Part shown: in pieces, positions 21,582 to 36,373 of the stretch
Numbering within the stretch: the stretch's first letter is position 1
How the letters are laid out: each line of letters opens with the position of its first letter
Assembly: GCA_951406725.2 (NCBI GenBank)
Contig: OX597839.1
Span: forward strand, 36,952,001 to 37,016,000
Length of the DNA: 64,000 nt
Source: Octopus vulgaris
Taxonomy: Eukaryota
Direction: 5' to 3'
Translations under genes and position numbers: made by a program
Notes under the pieces: model-generated
The model's input: only the letters and a program-made list of their open reading frames with translations
Databases searched by the model: none
Told to the model about the DNA's origin: nothing

Positions 21582-21621
<40 letters not shown>

Positions 21622-21706
21622 TAGCAAACAGCCAATATATATATAGTGAATACTTAATGTATTCATACTATAAATACACATACATGCTGCACAGATGCTT
21701 ATATAC

Positions 21707-21742
<36 letters not shown>

Positions 21743-22059
21743 ACACACAAGTAGTGTGCTATAAATACATTCTGCATTCTTCCATACACAATACAAATAG
21801 ACGATTTAATTATAATCTTTTACATATTTCATTATTTATAAAATAGAAATGGGAACAATGGCTTCTGTGCCATCTTCGGTTATTAAAGACAAACCAGATA
21901 AACCAATCTATGGTTCACACACTAGTCTCAGACTGGGTCAGGGATCTATAAAGATTCATACAATCCAGTGAGGGAGACGCTATCTGATCACTCAAGCTGC
22001 TAGAAACTGCAGCCACATATTTCTCAAATTACATATCCTTCTATCTTAATTATGACAAT

Positions 22060-22250
22060 AGGGAGCTTGCTTCCTAGCTACATAGTTTCGGGTTCAGTCC
22101 CACTGCGTGGCACTTTGGGTAGGTGTCTTCCACTATAGCCCCGAGCCGACCGGAGCTTTGTGATTGAATTCGGTAGGTGGAAGTTACTGCCGTGTGTGTA
22201 TGTGTGCGTATAGCTGCTCAGTGCCTCTCCGAAAGAGATAGAGAGAGGGA
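22060..22250 (+). mobile_element. family B-headed SINE variant; near-identical antisense copy at ~48880-48993
   Basis: gccgaccggagctttgtgattgaattcggtaggtggaagttactgccg...gcctctccgaaaga present at both loci. Confidence 0.65.
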
Positions 22251-23073
22251 ATCCTATATACTCCTATTAACATATATTTCATTTCAGGAGGATATAACAT
22301 TGTTGTATGGATTAAAGTACTCTAAAGAAATTGTTACAGATGGAATGCCTTTGGTCATCAGTATCATCTACCAAAGAAGTCCTGATGTTGTAAAACAACA
22401 ACATTAACTTCTAGAAACATGATCTCCAGAAGTCTGTTGTTTCACATGTTGGATCAAAGAAATATTAAAATCTCCCTCAAAACGCTATACCATCTTGAAA
22501 ATAGGAAGAGACTTTGTATAACGTAGTCATAGCTATGCAGTGCTCAAGAGAAGACCAAGTTTGGAGCACCTCTCTGATCACAGGCTTGGTTCGGAGGAGA
22601 TGACCTTGGGCTAAACAACAGCAACATAAAGATTCTTATAACTCCTTTACTCTTTTACTTGTTTCAGTCATTTGACAGTGGCCATGCTGGAGCATATACA
22701 ACCACATCAGCATATAGTCATTGAGATGGATGGAAAACAATGCAAAAGTTAATAGCAAAGTTAATATAAGTTGGTAGTGTTTGAATTATGCCAAGGATTG
22801 ATGAAGGTGGAGGGGTGATGAAGGTGAAGGGGGGGGGGGCGATGAAATAACAAACATGTTAATTACTTCGGTCCTGTTTATTCCACCCAGCCACCACTGG
22901 CCTGAAATGTGTGATTTCTATGCTGATGTTAGAAATCAATGTGATAATATTCAAGGAGGGATTGTGGAGAGTAGAAAAACCTGTCCAAGGTGCTGAGCAG
23001 TAGGAATGAACCTGGAAATGTATGCCTGCAAGGCCAACTTGGGTACCACATGGCAATGTCTGTGTTTGCATGT

Positions 23074-23279
23074 ATACTCTTGTTTCAGTCATTTGACTGT
23101 GGCCATGATGGAGCACCATCTTTAGTCGAGCAAATCAACCCCAGGACTTATTCTTTGTAAGCCTAGTACTTATTCTATTGGTCTCTTTTGCTGAACTGCT
23201 AAGTTATGGGGATGTAAACACACCAGCATCAGTTGTCAAGCGATGTTGGGAGGACAAACACAGACACACAAACATATAT

Positions 23280-23316
<37 letters not shown>

Positions 23317-23387
23317 CGACGGGCTTCTTTCAGTTTCCGTCTACCAAATCCACTCACAAGGCTTTGACCAGCCTGAGGCTATAGTAG
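23074..23387 (-). mobile_element. 5'-truncated family B SINE
   Basis: Reverse complement of family B body and tail. Confidence 0.8.
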
Positions 23388-23850
23388 TTTCAAATTTTAG
23401 CACAAGGACAGCAATTTTAGGGGAGGAGTAAGTCAATTACATTGACCCTAGTGCTCAACTGGTACTTATTTTATCAACCCTAAAAGGATGAAAGGCAAAG
23501 TTGACCTTGGCAGAATTCAAAATTAGAACATAACCACTTTTATGGATTCAACTGAACCAATTGACTACAGTACTTATTTTAAGTCGGTTACTCATTCTAT
23601 CAGTATCTTTTGCTGAACCGTTAAGTTATGGGAATGTAAACAAACCAATGATGGTTGTCAAGTGGGTGGAGACAAACACAAACACACACACACACACACA
23701 GATATATAAAAGGCTTCCATGCAGTTTCCTTCTATGACATTCACTCACAAGGCATTGATCAACCTGAAGCTACAGTAAAAGGCAATTACTCGTGGTACCA
23801 TGCAGTAGAATTGCACCTCAAACCACATGGGTGCAGAGTGAGCTTCTTAA

Positions 23851-24064
23851 CCCTTTAGTGTTTAAACCGGCTATAACAAATATTCTACTCATTTTATGCT
23901 CAAACTGGCCAGAACCAGTATCTCACACCTACCCTGCAATGTCATTCTAAAAATAAACAATTACATCTTTCAAATCTTGAAGCTACAAGATAATACCAGA
24001 TTAATTTTTTTAAATGTAAATGAATAAAGATTACTTTTGACATATTAATTCGAACGCTAAAGGG
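23851..24064. mobile_element. piggyBac-like MITE
   Basis: TTAA|CCCTTTAG...CTAAAGGG|TTAA. Confidence 0.82.
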
Positions 24065-26438
24065 TTAATCACACAGACATGCCTGTACTTATCTAAAGAA
24101 AAGTAATGAAAAAAGTTACTGAAATTGATAAAGAATTCTGAAAATTCAGTCATATTGTATTAGAATATTTATTGTGAAATGTTTCAAAGTCAATCATTTA
24201 AGATGTTTACTGACCGTTCAATAGCCATCTAGATCCCCAAGGGTCAATATAGAGCGCTTTGTCCCAAGCTCTCATTTATTGTACGTAATGTTCTTCCAGG
24301 GATATTTTATGTGGTGCATGCAAATTTCTTGTAGCTGGTGTAGTGGAGGAGTCTGTGTATGGCTCATAGCTGTTTTACACCTGACATTTTTTTACTGTTA
24401 TGTCTCTAGAGGTGTGTGTGTGGAAGTGTGTTAATGTTTGTATATGCAAACCACACAGGAGGAAAATAAAGTGAGAGTCCGGCAACCCTAGCAAAATTAG
24501 ATAAATAAATGTCAAATAAAGATAATAAATGAGATGGTGCTAGAGCAAAATAAATCTCTGTTATCCATCTAATGTCTTGTAAATGTTCACTTAGAAGATG
24601 GTTGGTCTGTTGTGTGCTTCTGTTTGTGGTGGTGGTGGTGGTTGTGGAGCTGATGGTGATGGTGGTGGTGGTGGTGGTGGTAGAAACATGGAAATAATAT
24701 ATTAGTAAACCAAGCAGTAACAGTGTGTGTATATATTCATACATGCAGATATACATGTGTGTGTGTGTGTATGTATGATGTATGTATTTGTGTGTATGTG
24801 TGTGTGTATGTACGATGTATGTATTTGTATATATGTGTGTATGTATATATGTATATCTATGTGTGTGTGTGTGAGTGTATGTGTGTGTGTGTATGTGTAT
24901 TGAATTGCAAAATATGGCTTTAGTTAATAGTTTACACACACATACATACACACACTTGTCTATTTATATCATTCTCATCCTCATTTAACGTCCCTTTCTC
25001 CATGCTGGCATGGGTTGGATGGTTTTACTGGAACTAATGAGCCAAAGGTCTATGCCGAGCTCTCCTGCCTGCTTTGGTTTCTACTGTTGGATGCCCTTCT
25101 CAATGCCAATCGTTTTACAGGGTGTAATGAATGCTGTTTTCCTGACACCAAGACTAGTAAGGCCACCAAATACTTGCAAAACAACACCTCCTCAAGTAAA
25201 TGGTGAACAGTTTGAAAGAGGAGAATGTATGATGGAGGGATGGGAATGAGCATCTTGTTGAAGAGGACAATACATGGCTTCCCTAGTTTCAAAAGAGAGA
25301 GGGAGGTCATATCCACAAGGTACAAGATGCATCAGAGAGAGACAATGGGAAGAGAGGAACAGAAAGTGTGAATGAGTAGGTAGGTTTGTGAGAGTGGTAT
25401 ATGATTTGAGACGGGAATTGGTGTTGAACAATCTCACTGGACTAGCCTTTCATTGTGCTAACATTGACCATGGAGGCCTTAAGGATTGGGACATCAGAAA
25501 GATGTGATGGGGATTAAGGGTATTGTTATAAGTTTCTGAAAAGAAATTGCTTGCAAATACTTGTCTGCAGAGAGTGAATCCCTGGACATATCATGTGTAA
25601 CAGGTGTTTATTGCTCAATCGATTACACTTTTCCTCAATCTTGTCAAATATTCAGGTTCAAGCACCTGCTAGCAGAGGAGAGAGGAGCATCAATGTTGAG
25701 TGTAAGTGTGCACACACACAACTTCACATATGTTTTTATATATATAAGCAGCCTCACATGTATACATGACTAACATATGGATCTGCACATAAACATATAT
25801 ACAAATATCAGTATGCCCACCAGAATATATAAACACACACACACACACACATAATGAAGTCATGATATTTCGAATGCATTTAATATGTGCGTTTCAGATT
25901 ATTGCACAATAGATAAAAAGGGAATTTCATCTCTTACATAAAATTTCCCTTCGTTAAGACATATCAATACCCATATATAATGCATATATACACATTATAC
26001 ACATACCCATAAATGCATTTACCTACACACACATACATATGAATACATCAAGCCTATACAAAAGAAAAGGGCAGCTAAAAGTTGCTGGGGGCAGGGGAAA
26101 ACATATTCAGTGCTTGTTGAGGTGGCAGTGAAGGATGGGTGGGGGTTTTAAAAAAAGTGGGGATAGGATGATCCACAACACATTGTTTTATTTCATACTA
26201 AAAAAAAAAAAGGGTGTCAATTTAGCAAATACATTTAAATGCTACATGAGGATTACCAAGAATAAATAGCAGCAAAACATGTATTACTCTGCAAACACAG
26301 AAAAACTAGAGAAGAAAAAAACCCAGCTATTTAATATTATCAAAAATACTGCTGCTGCTGCTGCTGCTACTGCCACTACTACTACTACTACTACTAAGCA
26401 CTTGTTAAGAATGAAGGAAAGAGGGCAGTGTAACAGTT

Positions 26439-26523
<85 letters not shown>

Positions 26524-26595
26524 ATACATATATATATATCATATATATATAAATATATATATAATATATATATATATATACATACATATATATAC

Positions 26596-26670
<75 letters not shown>

Positions 26671-27629
26671 TATATACATATATATATATACATATATATA
26701 TACATATATATATATACACTATATATACATATATATATACACTATATATACATATATATATATACACTATATATACATATATATATATACACTATATATA
26801 CATATATATATATACACTATATATACATATATATATATATATACACTATATATACATATATATATATACACTATATATACATATATATATATATATACAC
26901 TATATATACATATATATATATATACACTATATATACATATATATATATACACTATATATACATATACATATATATACACACACACACTATATACGTAAAC
27001 ACAAAGCACACACACGGATGTATATATGTATATATAAATGTGTGCATTTATACATGACCACGTATGCATGTGCATGTGTATGAATAAATGGAGCACTCTA
27101 TGATCCTCTTACGCATATACGGACACATATATCTATACACACACACACACACGTGTGTGTGCATGTATGTGTATGCATGCGTGTGCATATGCGTAACAAG
27201 AGAGAGAGAGAAAGATGTGTCAAATGCAATCCATAAGAGTCATTATTTTTAGCAATGACAAGTTTAAGTTGTGGAATGGAAACAATTTATGCTGGTATCG
27301 GAACTGCCAAATTCTCAATTTGCAGACGACATGTTGCATGATTGGATAAATGCTGGAGTAAAAGCAGCTTAATGGGATTCCTTGAAGAAATACCGAGAAC
27401 AAACTGAGATTTAAATCGGCAGCTTTTAACCGGGAGGAGGGTGGTTGTGGAATGGGTGGGTTGGGGGGGAGTCAAACAATGCAGGAATTACCATTTCTCA
27501 GTAGAAACACTTTCATTTATTTAACAATGGCAACAACAGCAGCAACAACAACAACAACAGTTGCTTCTCTTTAGCATTTTGTTTTGTTTTAAGGGTTTTG
27601 CTGTTTTCTAAAGGATGAGCAGATAAACA

Positions 27630-27692
<63 letters not shown>

Positions 27693-27908
27693 GCTGCTGC
27701 TGCTGCTGCTTCTACCACCTACCACCACCACCACCACCACCACCACCACCACCACCACCACCACCACCACCACCACCACCACCATTGCACATGCATTTCC
27801 ACTGAAATACAATCCGGTATATGCAATCAGGAAATGTTCTGATAATACCTTCTGTGTTTATGCATAAATATATAAAACTATATGTGTAAATACACACACA
27901 CACACACG

Positions 27909-27973
<65 letters not shown>

Positions 27974-28386
27974 CAATGATGTAGATAAGCAGGATAGGCT
28001 TGATATATAGATATATATATATATATATATATATAGATAGATAGATAGATATACATAAAAATATTTAGATACTTCTAAATATAATTGTTTAGATGCAAAA
28101 GACTAAATATACTCAGGGGATAAAAACCTATGTATAAATAAATTTACATACACATAGAGCATAAAAAATACAGGAGAGAATGCATAGTATTTTTAACTCA
28201 ACAGCTGTTTCTGGGAGCTCAGAATTACATAATAACCATACTGTTCAAAATTAGCTGATGGAATGTGCAAAAAGCCAAGGATATGCAACCTCTAAATGAT
28301 CACATAGAAACATTATCATCATAAGAGAAGCTTCACTTATCAGAAATGATGAAGGAAGCCAGTCTTATATATATATATATATATTT

Positions 28387-28740
28387 TATTCTTTTACGTT
28401 TCAGTCATTTGATTGAGGCCATGCTGGAGCACCACCTTTTAATAGAAGAAATCGACCCCTGGACTTATTCATTGTAAACCTGGTACTTATTTTATCAGTT
28501 TCTTTTGGCAAACTGCTAAGTTATGATGATGTAAACACACCAACATCATATATCAAGCAATGGTGGGGGGCATACACGACAGGCTTCTTTCAGTTTCCAT
28601 CTACTAAATCCACTCACAAGGCTTTGGTTGGCTCGAGGCTATAGTAGATGACACTTGCCCAAGGTGCCATGGAGTGGGACAGAACCCAGAACCATGTGGT
28701 TGGGAAGCAAGCTTCTTACTACACAGCCATGCCTGCACCT
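28387..28740 (-). mobile_element. family B SINE
   Basis: tttcagtcatttga...gacacttgcccaaggt...cacagccatgcctgc. Confidence 0.8.
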
Positions 28741-29261
28741 AGCTTCTTCTTTTTCCTCTTTTCCTTCTGTTTTGTCTTGCAAGTTATAAGACGACCTCAC
28801 CTGCTTTGGTGCCATGAAAAAAAGCATCCGGTACACTCTGCAAAGTGGTTGGCATTAGGAAGGGCATCCAGCCATAGAAATAATATGAAAAATGACACAA
28901 CCTTGCAGCTTGGCAGTTGCTACCAAGCCATCGAACCCATACCATCATGGAAAGTGGATGTTAAACACACACACACACACATATGTATATATATATAACT
29001 TTTTGGGTAAAATTTTCTCTCTTGCAACAAGTACCATTTAGCTCTGATGAAGATAAATGGAGTAAGTTTGTTCTCTACTTTATCTAACTGATTGCCAGCA
29101 TGGAAAATAGATATTAAATGGTGATGATATATATATATATATATATACACAGGCATGGCTGCGTAGTAAGAAGTTTGCTGCTCAACCATGTGGTATTCAA
29201 CTATAACTCCAGGCCACCAAAACCTTGTGAGTGGATTTTGTAGATGGAAACTGAATGAAGT

Positions 29262-29503
29262 CGTCATTTAACGGCCGTTTTCCATGCTAGCATGGGTTGG
29301 ACGGCTTGAGCGGGGTCTGGGAAGCCAGGAGGCTGCACCAGGCTCCAGTCTGATCTGGCAGTGTTTCTACAGCTGGATGCCCTTCCTAACGCCAACCAGT
29401 CCGTGAGTGTAGTGGGTGCTTTTTACGTGCCACCAGCACAGGTACCAGGGGAGGCTGGCAGTGGCCATGATCGGTTGGTGCTTTTTATGTGCCACCGGCA
29501 CGG
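29262..29503 (-). mobile_element. family C SINE-like copy
   Basis: Matches 5388-5570, 44495-44745 and 48572-48866. Confidence 0.8.
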
Positions 29504-29771
29504 TAGGTTAAACAAACTGGTTCCACTGGATGTGTAATGTTACAGTGCATGAACGATGAAGTACTTGACACACCCATCTTTCTTCCTTTCATCTTCTAAA
29601 CTGTATTTGTTCCCACTGCCCAGACTCTGCACAAATTAGTCCCTTTGAAATATGCTTCTCGTCTACATTTTTCTTGTAGAGGAGTTATCAGAGATGTTCA
29701 AACTGAGCATCAGTGGTATCCATCTCACCAATCTCCTTGAGCTTATGGAGGCAACTAATTTCTCCTGACCA

Positions 29772-29815
<44 letters not shown>

Positions 29816-31516
29816 TCTTGTGTCTGGGGAGAGTCATTCTCTTATAATTTAACACACTCACTGGTAAAATTTCCACTCATTTCCTTCTTTATTTTTCTAA
29901 AATTTTCATTGCCTCTTGCATACATGTTTGTATTTCTTTGTTTTGACATTGTTTGATAGTTGTAAAATAATTGTCACTATCATACAAGCTATGTCATTCA
30001 TTTCCTATCAAAGAAAAAGTGTCTGGCCATGGGTAAATATTTTGCCTAACTTGGGATAAGCGACCACTGATGAGTACTGATGATAGAATGGGTGCCTGGT
30101 GATTGATAAATCCTGTCCAACTCATGCAAGCATGGAAAAGTAAATGTTAAAATGATGGTGATATATACAACAGACTTCTTTCAGTTTCCATCTACCAAAT
30201 CCATTCACAAGGCTCTGGTCCGCCTGGGGCTATAGTAGAAGATGCACAAAGGAATCTAAGACTATGTGGTTGGGAAACAAACTGTCTAACCACACAGCAT
30301 GACTGTTCCTTTATTTGTGTTTATGTCCATTCTTTCTTGCTAGCGTGGCTACCTGCTATTTTTAGGAGTTTGATTTATATTGTACCAATGGTTTCCAAGA
30401 GGAGGTGGGGTTTAATTCTTCATATTTTCTATTCATTCAAAAGCAGACTGCATTAGTAGAAAGTTCAGTATCTTGCATGCACAGACACATTGTATCATTG
30501 CTGGACCTAACCTATGACCAAGAAACTAGTTGCAGACCTCACCCTTTACTGATCCAACTCCATATCTACTTCATCATATGTGGCTCTTTGTAAATCAATA
30601 AAAGACATTCCAGTTCATTCTGTGTTGTATCATTATTCTATGAGATATTTCGTTTAGAATTTCAACCACACTAGAAATGTACAAACAAAAATGAAGTAAA
30701 AGAAAAAAATTAAAATTTTGAAGAATTCTTTAGATTTGAATTGAAGAATGGATATAAGTGAAGAAGATAAGACAAGAATCAGCAGCAAGAGGCAGGTGAT
30801 GTTTCTCATGATTTACTAATTCTTTTCAAGTTATATAACACACATCTATGAACAGCCACTTGCCTTAATTCAATTTAAACTTTCTTCCACTGCCAATACA
30901 CTCTGGCAAATTCTTACTTGACAATATTGGCAATATTTCCTTTCTATTCCACTTCATTGTAATTTCATGTTTAAAGTAATTCTTTCTATTATTTCTCAAC
31001 TCATCCAAGCAACAAAGGGGTTTAGGAAATCTGGAATTCATCATCATCATTATCATTGTTATCATTGTCATTTCAACACATTTGTACGGTTCAGGCAGAA
31101 TTTGAGGAGATGGATTTTCTACAGATGGTTGGGCCATTCATGTCACCATCCCCCATCTGTTTCCAAGCAAGATAATAGTTCTTCATGGCCCAATATGTTT
31201 ATATGAAATATTAAAAATGAATGACACTGTTAGCTCATTTACAACTATTGTATGATGTCAAGACAAGGGAGTACACACACCCACACACATCCACGAACTC
31301 AAACCAATACTCCAACACACACACGCACACACACACACACTGACTCATACCACATATATGCACATCTATATACATATAAACCCCGCACATAGACACACAT
31401 ACACAACTAGCTTCATTCAGTTTCCGTCTACCACATTCACTCACCTGAAGCGCCACAGAGAGAGACTGAACCCCAAATGACATGACTGGGAAGTGAATCT
31501 GTTAACCACTCATGTA

Positions 31517-32254
31517 CGAGGGGCTACCCAAAAGAAACTGGAAATTTTTTCTTCACCTCTTCCACATCCACAAATTCCATAGCACCAGCTTTTGTCACCA
31601 GTGATGACCTTTGAAAAAGGTCTGGATCAACTTCCAGCTGTTCTTTCAGTTCATGACACACATTCAGTTGTAACTGGTTTTGATCTTCTGTGAGCAAGCC
31701 CGGCACAAATTTTGCTGCAACTCTTTTCATATGCAATTCCTCACTCAAAATTCTTTGGCGGGGGCTCCAGGACACATCATTGAGTTCGTCAGTTGTTTGG
31801 TGACAGCCTTCCAAGATCATTTCATGTATTTTTATGATGTTTTCATTCATTTGAGAGGTTGATTGTTGTCCTGAACGAGGTTGGTCCTCAAACGACAAGT
31901 GACCATTTCTAAAAGCATGGAAAGCACTCACAAACTTGTGTTTTGCTCATCACAGTGGCCTTGTAAGCTGTTTGAAGCATGACAATTGTTTTGGTCACTG
32001 TTTTTTCCCAGTAGAAAATACAGTTTCATGAAAGCACACTGTTCCTTCATTTGAGCCATTGCAAAAACCAATGAACAGGGGAGAAGCACTACAAAACAAA
32101 GATGCACCACATGGCAGTACGACATCACCTGACACTGCCAGTCAACAGACTGATGCCAGAAGGTTGCATCAAGCGGCCTCTAGCAGTGGAAGCCTGAACT
32201 ACAACAGGTTTGTCTCACAGAGAATGTTTCCAGTTACTTTTGGGTACCCTCTCA
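31517..32254 (-). mobile_element. internally deleted mariner element with transposase pseudogene
   Basis: TA-flanked TIRs (cgaggggctacccaaaagaaactggaa / ttccagttacttttgggtaccctctca); fragments EDQPRSG, MKRVAAKFVPGLLT and TGDESW; frameshifts. Confidence 0.88.
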
Positions 32255-32502
32255 TAGTTCTGGGTTCAGTTCTACTGAACTGGGTTCATACAACAAGGGT
32301 TTCTCAAACCCCTTGTTACTGTTGGGATGATTTATAGACAATCATATACTCCTCACATACCCACTGAACAGACAGATACTCTATAAACATACATGTAAAT
32401 TTAATTAAAATATATTAGAAAACATATTTAAACACTTTCTAGTTTCATTTTAGAATGTTTTACTGTTTTTCATTTTAGGATGAAATGAGTGCACTCTCCT
32501 AG

Positions 32503-32790
32503 TTAAATAAATAAATATAAATAATGAAATTATTGTATACAGTGCTCAGGTGCACCACAACTTGTCAGAAAGTGCGTATAAAGTATATGCAGTAATGTAC
32601 AAATGTCTGGAAAGCGAAAAATGTATGAGTCAGATAGATGCTTGTGTGTGTATGGACGGGAGAAAATCAGGTGTAGTGTTGGCGAATCTCAAAAAGCATG
32701 GAAGTTTTGAAGGATGCAGTGCTCTGACAACTAACAACTGATGCCGGCAGTTTGTTCCATGCTTCAGCAACTCTCAGCGTGAAAAAATGT
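32503..32790 (-). mobile_element. 3' end of a CR1/L2-clade LINE
   Basis: Minus strand HFFTLRVAEAWNKLPASVVSCQSTASFKTSM, then 3' UTR and (TTTA)n-like tail. Confidence 0.8.
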
Positions 32791-32826
32791 TATGTCATAT
32801 TAGTGTAAATAAATGACAGAGCTTAA

Positions 32827-33366
32827 CCCATTTGATACCAATTCATCTGAGACCACCCCAGACTATTTGATACATGCGTTCTGTTTTAAAGCAATGTAAA
32901 TGAAAGCAGTCCATCAAAATTTCTCGTTAAGAATTTGTTCCACACACTAGTTTAATAATAACAATGTTGTTTAATAACTGCTTCATTATTTTCAAAATTA
33001 ATTGAAACAAAGCCATAGTACTGCAACAGAAATATGCTAACAAAAGGTTTAAAGTGAAATAGATTAAAACCCTCCATAAAAATTTCATGTTAATTTATGT
33101 TCCAAATACCAGCTTAATAAAGACAGAGTTTAATTTACTAAACTCATTATTTTCAAAACAGATTGAAATAACTGCAGTGCGTTTCAATAGAAATATGGAA
33201 ACAAAAGCGTTAGAGTAATCTAAATTAAAACAGTCGTCAAAATTTCAAATTAATTTACGTTTCAAATACCTGCTTAATAAAGACAATTTTACTGAGTACT
33301 TTATTATTTTGAAAATTAATTGACACAAAGGCAGTGTATTTCAACAGAAATATTGTAACAAATGGG
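32827..33366. mobile_element. piggyBac-like MITE with a triplicated ~160-bp internal unit
   Basis: TTAA|CCCATTTG...CAAATGGG|TTAA; related antisense copy at ~45097-45312. Confidence 0.75.
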
Positions 33367-33698
33367 TTAAATGAGAGGAAATACAAAAACAGTGTAATTG
33401 AGAAGTAGTGTACAAGAGAGAAAACTGTATTGGTATGAATATGTAATGCATACGGAGAATATCAGTAGTGTAAAGAAGTACTGAGCATTTCACTGAGCAT
33501 TTCAAGTGAAAGAAACTTGTGAAAGCAAGAGACAGATGAAGACATGAGGGGAAGTAGTGAAGACAGTCCTGGGTATGACATTAAACTACATTCAGTGGTG
33601 AGGCTCCAGTTCAGGAGTTCTGGAGTTGTGGGGAGCATGGGGGTCACTCCTTATTTACCGTTACTCCCAGATCCATTCTGACATGGAATGATAGTACA

Positions 33699-33930
33699 TA
33701 TTTCTTTACTGCCCACAAGGGGCTAAACACAGAGGAGACAAACAAAGACAGACAGATGGATTAAGTCGATTATATCGACCTCAGTGCGTAACTGGTACTT
33801 AATTTATCGACCCCGAAAGGATGAAAGGCAAAGTCAACCTCGGCGGAATTTGAACTCAGAACGTAACGGCAGATGAAATACCGTTAAGCATTTCGCCCAG
33901 TGTGCTAACATTTCTGCCAGCTCGCCGTCT
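33699..33930 (-). mobile_element. SINE family A with 15-bp TSD
   Basis: atggaatgatagtac at 33683-33697 and 33932-33946. Confidence 0.9.
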
Positions 33931-34606
33931 TATGGAATGATAGTACCTGTCAGGGTCCTATCTATGGGTTAAACAGATTTTTGTCAGGGTAGATTCACCT
34001 TGCTGCAGTGAAAGCAATCAATCTAGGAGAAGGAAAACTACAAAATTAATACTTTTTTCCAATATGTCCTCAGCCAGCATGGAAGAGTCTAGCTAATGAA
34101 ACAAAGATGAGGTTTATGTCCAATAACATAGATTCATACTCTGGAGGCAAGTATCTTATGTTAGAGCACATTCTGCTGCAGATGGAGACAGTGGGAAAAG
34201 ATAAGTGAAGACATATCAAGAGACTACACTTCACAAAGGGGATGAGAAAGGAGCATATCAAATTTGGCAAAGACCTGTCTGACCCAAACACACACAAATG
34301 GTGGTGGAGATTGGGATATTTAAAACATAATTTGGAATTTCCTTTGCCTAGGGTGCTTACATTAAGTCTTCTTGTCACCAACCATCTCATTACTCTCCGC
34401 CACCATCTCTCCCTTCGTTACTTTCTCATCTATCATCCACCTCCTACCACTCTCTTTCTCTCCCTTACATTACCTCCTCCTACCCTTTCACTTTGACACT
34501 CTTCTGCCACTCTCTGTCTTTCCTTCATTAGTCTCTATCCCATCTCCATCCATATCCTTTAATTTTGTTATTACTCTCTCTCTCTCTCACACACACACTC
34601 TTTCTT

Positions 34607-34637
<31 letters not shown>

Positions 34638-35823
34638 CTCTCTTCCACTCCAGTCTGACTCTCTTTTAATACCATCTCTCTCTCTCTCTCCTCAGGCCCT
34701 CTTTTATCATTCACTCAACATTATCACCATCTCCATCACCACAACCCCTACTACCACCACCTCTACCACAACAACAACCACAACCGTCCCCATTCATCAT
34801 CATCATCATCATCATTGCTAAAACCACCAGCACTGCTAAAACCACCAGTACCACCACTACAACAACAGCATCTATTCATCATTGTTATCATCATCATCAC
34901 AACAACAACAAACAACTACTCATCATCATCATCATCATCATCATCATTATCACAACAAAAACTACAGTCCATCATCATCATCGTCGTCGCCGTCACCATC
35001 AGCAGCATCATTTTGATTTCATGATTAAATTCCAGTATTTCTTCATTTGCATTTAGATTAGAAAAATGAAATAATCTCCATTGAGATTTTGTGTTTGAAA
35101 TCACCACAAACATACAGACGCACCTCTCCAAGCTGACGTATAATATCTTTGAGATATCACATTAATTATGGTTGTCGACATATTGGACAACTTAAGATGC
35201 TCACTTCACAGCCATGGATGAGGTATCAGGTTAGAGCTCACCACCATGGTACACTGGGCAAGTATCTTCAACCATAATCCCAGGTTTGGCCAAAGCCAGC
35301 CTTCTGAGAGAAATTTTGGTTGATGGCAAAAGTGCAGAAGAATTAGTGGTTTGGGTAGCATGGTGTGCCAGGGAAACTGGGTAACTGGCACTATGTGACA
35401 GAAGTATAAGCATGTTTATGCTTCTGGCTTCTTGACTTGACACTGTGTGATAGTTGTAAATGAGTGTCACTGTCACACAAGCAGTGTCATTCATTTCCAG
35501 TATACTGTAGTGAACATGGCTGGCCATGGGACAATATTAGCTTGTTTGGAAACAGGTGAGGGTTGGTAACAGGAATGGCATCCAGGTGTAGAAAATCTGT
35601 CTCAATAAACTCCATCTCAACACATGCAAGAATGGAAAAGTGAATGTTAAAATGATGATGATGATGATTATATTACTATTGCTATGCTTAAATGAAATAT
35701 CATGTGTGTCTGTGTATATATATATATATATAAAGGGAAAGTTTACGAAAATAAACAAAAGACGAAGGCAGGTGGAGTACAAACAAACAAATGTATTAGT
35801 ATAGCACTCAGGAATAGAAAAAG

Positions 35824-35861
35824 TCTTTTACGTTTCGAGCCTACGCTCTTCAACAGAAAGA
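35824..35861 (-). ncRNA. minimal type I hammerhead-ribozyme-like motif (Penelope/retrozyme type)
   Basis: UCUUU-CUGUUGA-A-GAGC(GUAG)GCUC-GAAAC-GUA-AAAGA: stems I and II intact, palindromic stem III, one core deviation. Confidence 0.6.
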
Positions 35862-36080
35862 TACACAGAAAAAAACAAGGAGAGAATATATAATATATAT
35901 ATATGTATATATATATATAGAGAGAGAGAGACAGACTTTTTGAAGTGATGTACAGATATTGTATATTTAGAACAATAGGTTAGTCAGAATGTTGGATGAC
36001 TATATATATTTTTTATTTACATTTTATTTACACTTTTAGTGCTTTCTTCCGTTATTGGATTTAATATAACCATCCAGTAT

Positions 36081-36122
<42 letters not shown>

Positions 36123-36311
36123 GACACACACACATAATATTTCATTTAGGCATAGCAATAGTAATAACCTGGTATTAGAACTCAATATACATATGTTTCG
36201 GAAAAAAGCATCAGTTGAGTACAGAGTATAATAAAACCAATCTCTATTCTTTGTTTCTTAAATATTTCTATATTCTTTTGATAGTATTGTTTTCCATATG
36301 CCTTCCGCTTT

Positions 36312-36373
36312 AGAGTCTGACAAGCTATCCATAGGGCTAGTTCCTTTATGGATGTGAAACCATTGGTCAGTCT
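36312..36373 (+). ncRNA. type I hammerhead-ribozyme-like motif
   Basis: AGAGU-CUGACAA-long stem II (auccaua/uauggau)-GAAAC-CAUUG-GUC-AGUCU; CUGACAA is consistent with CpG decay of CUGACGA. Confidence 0.55.
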
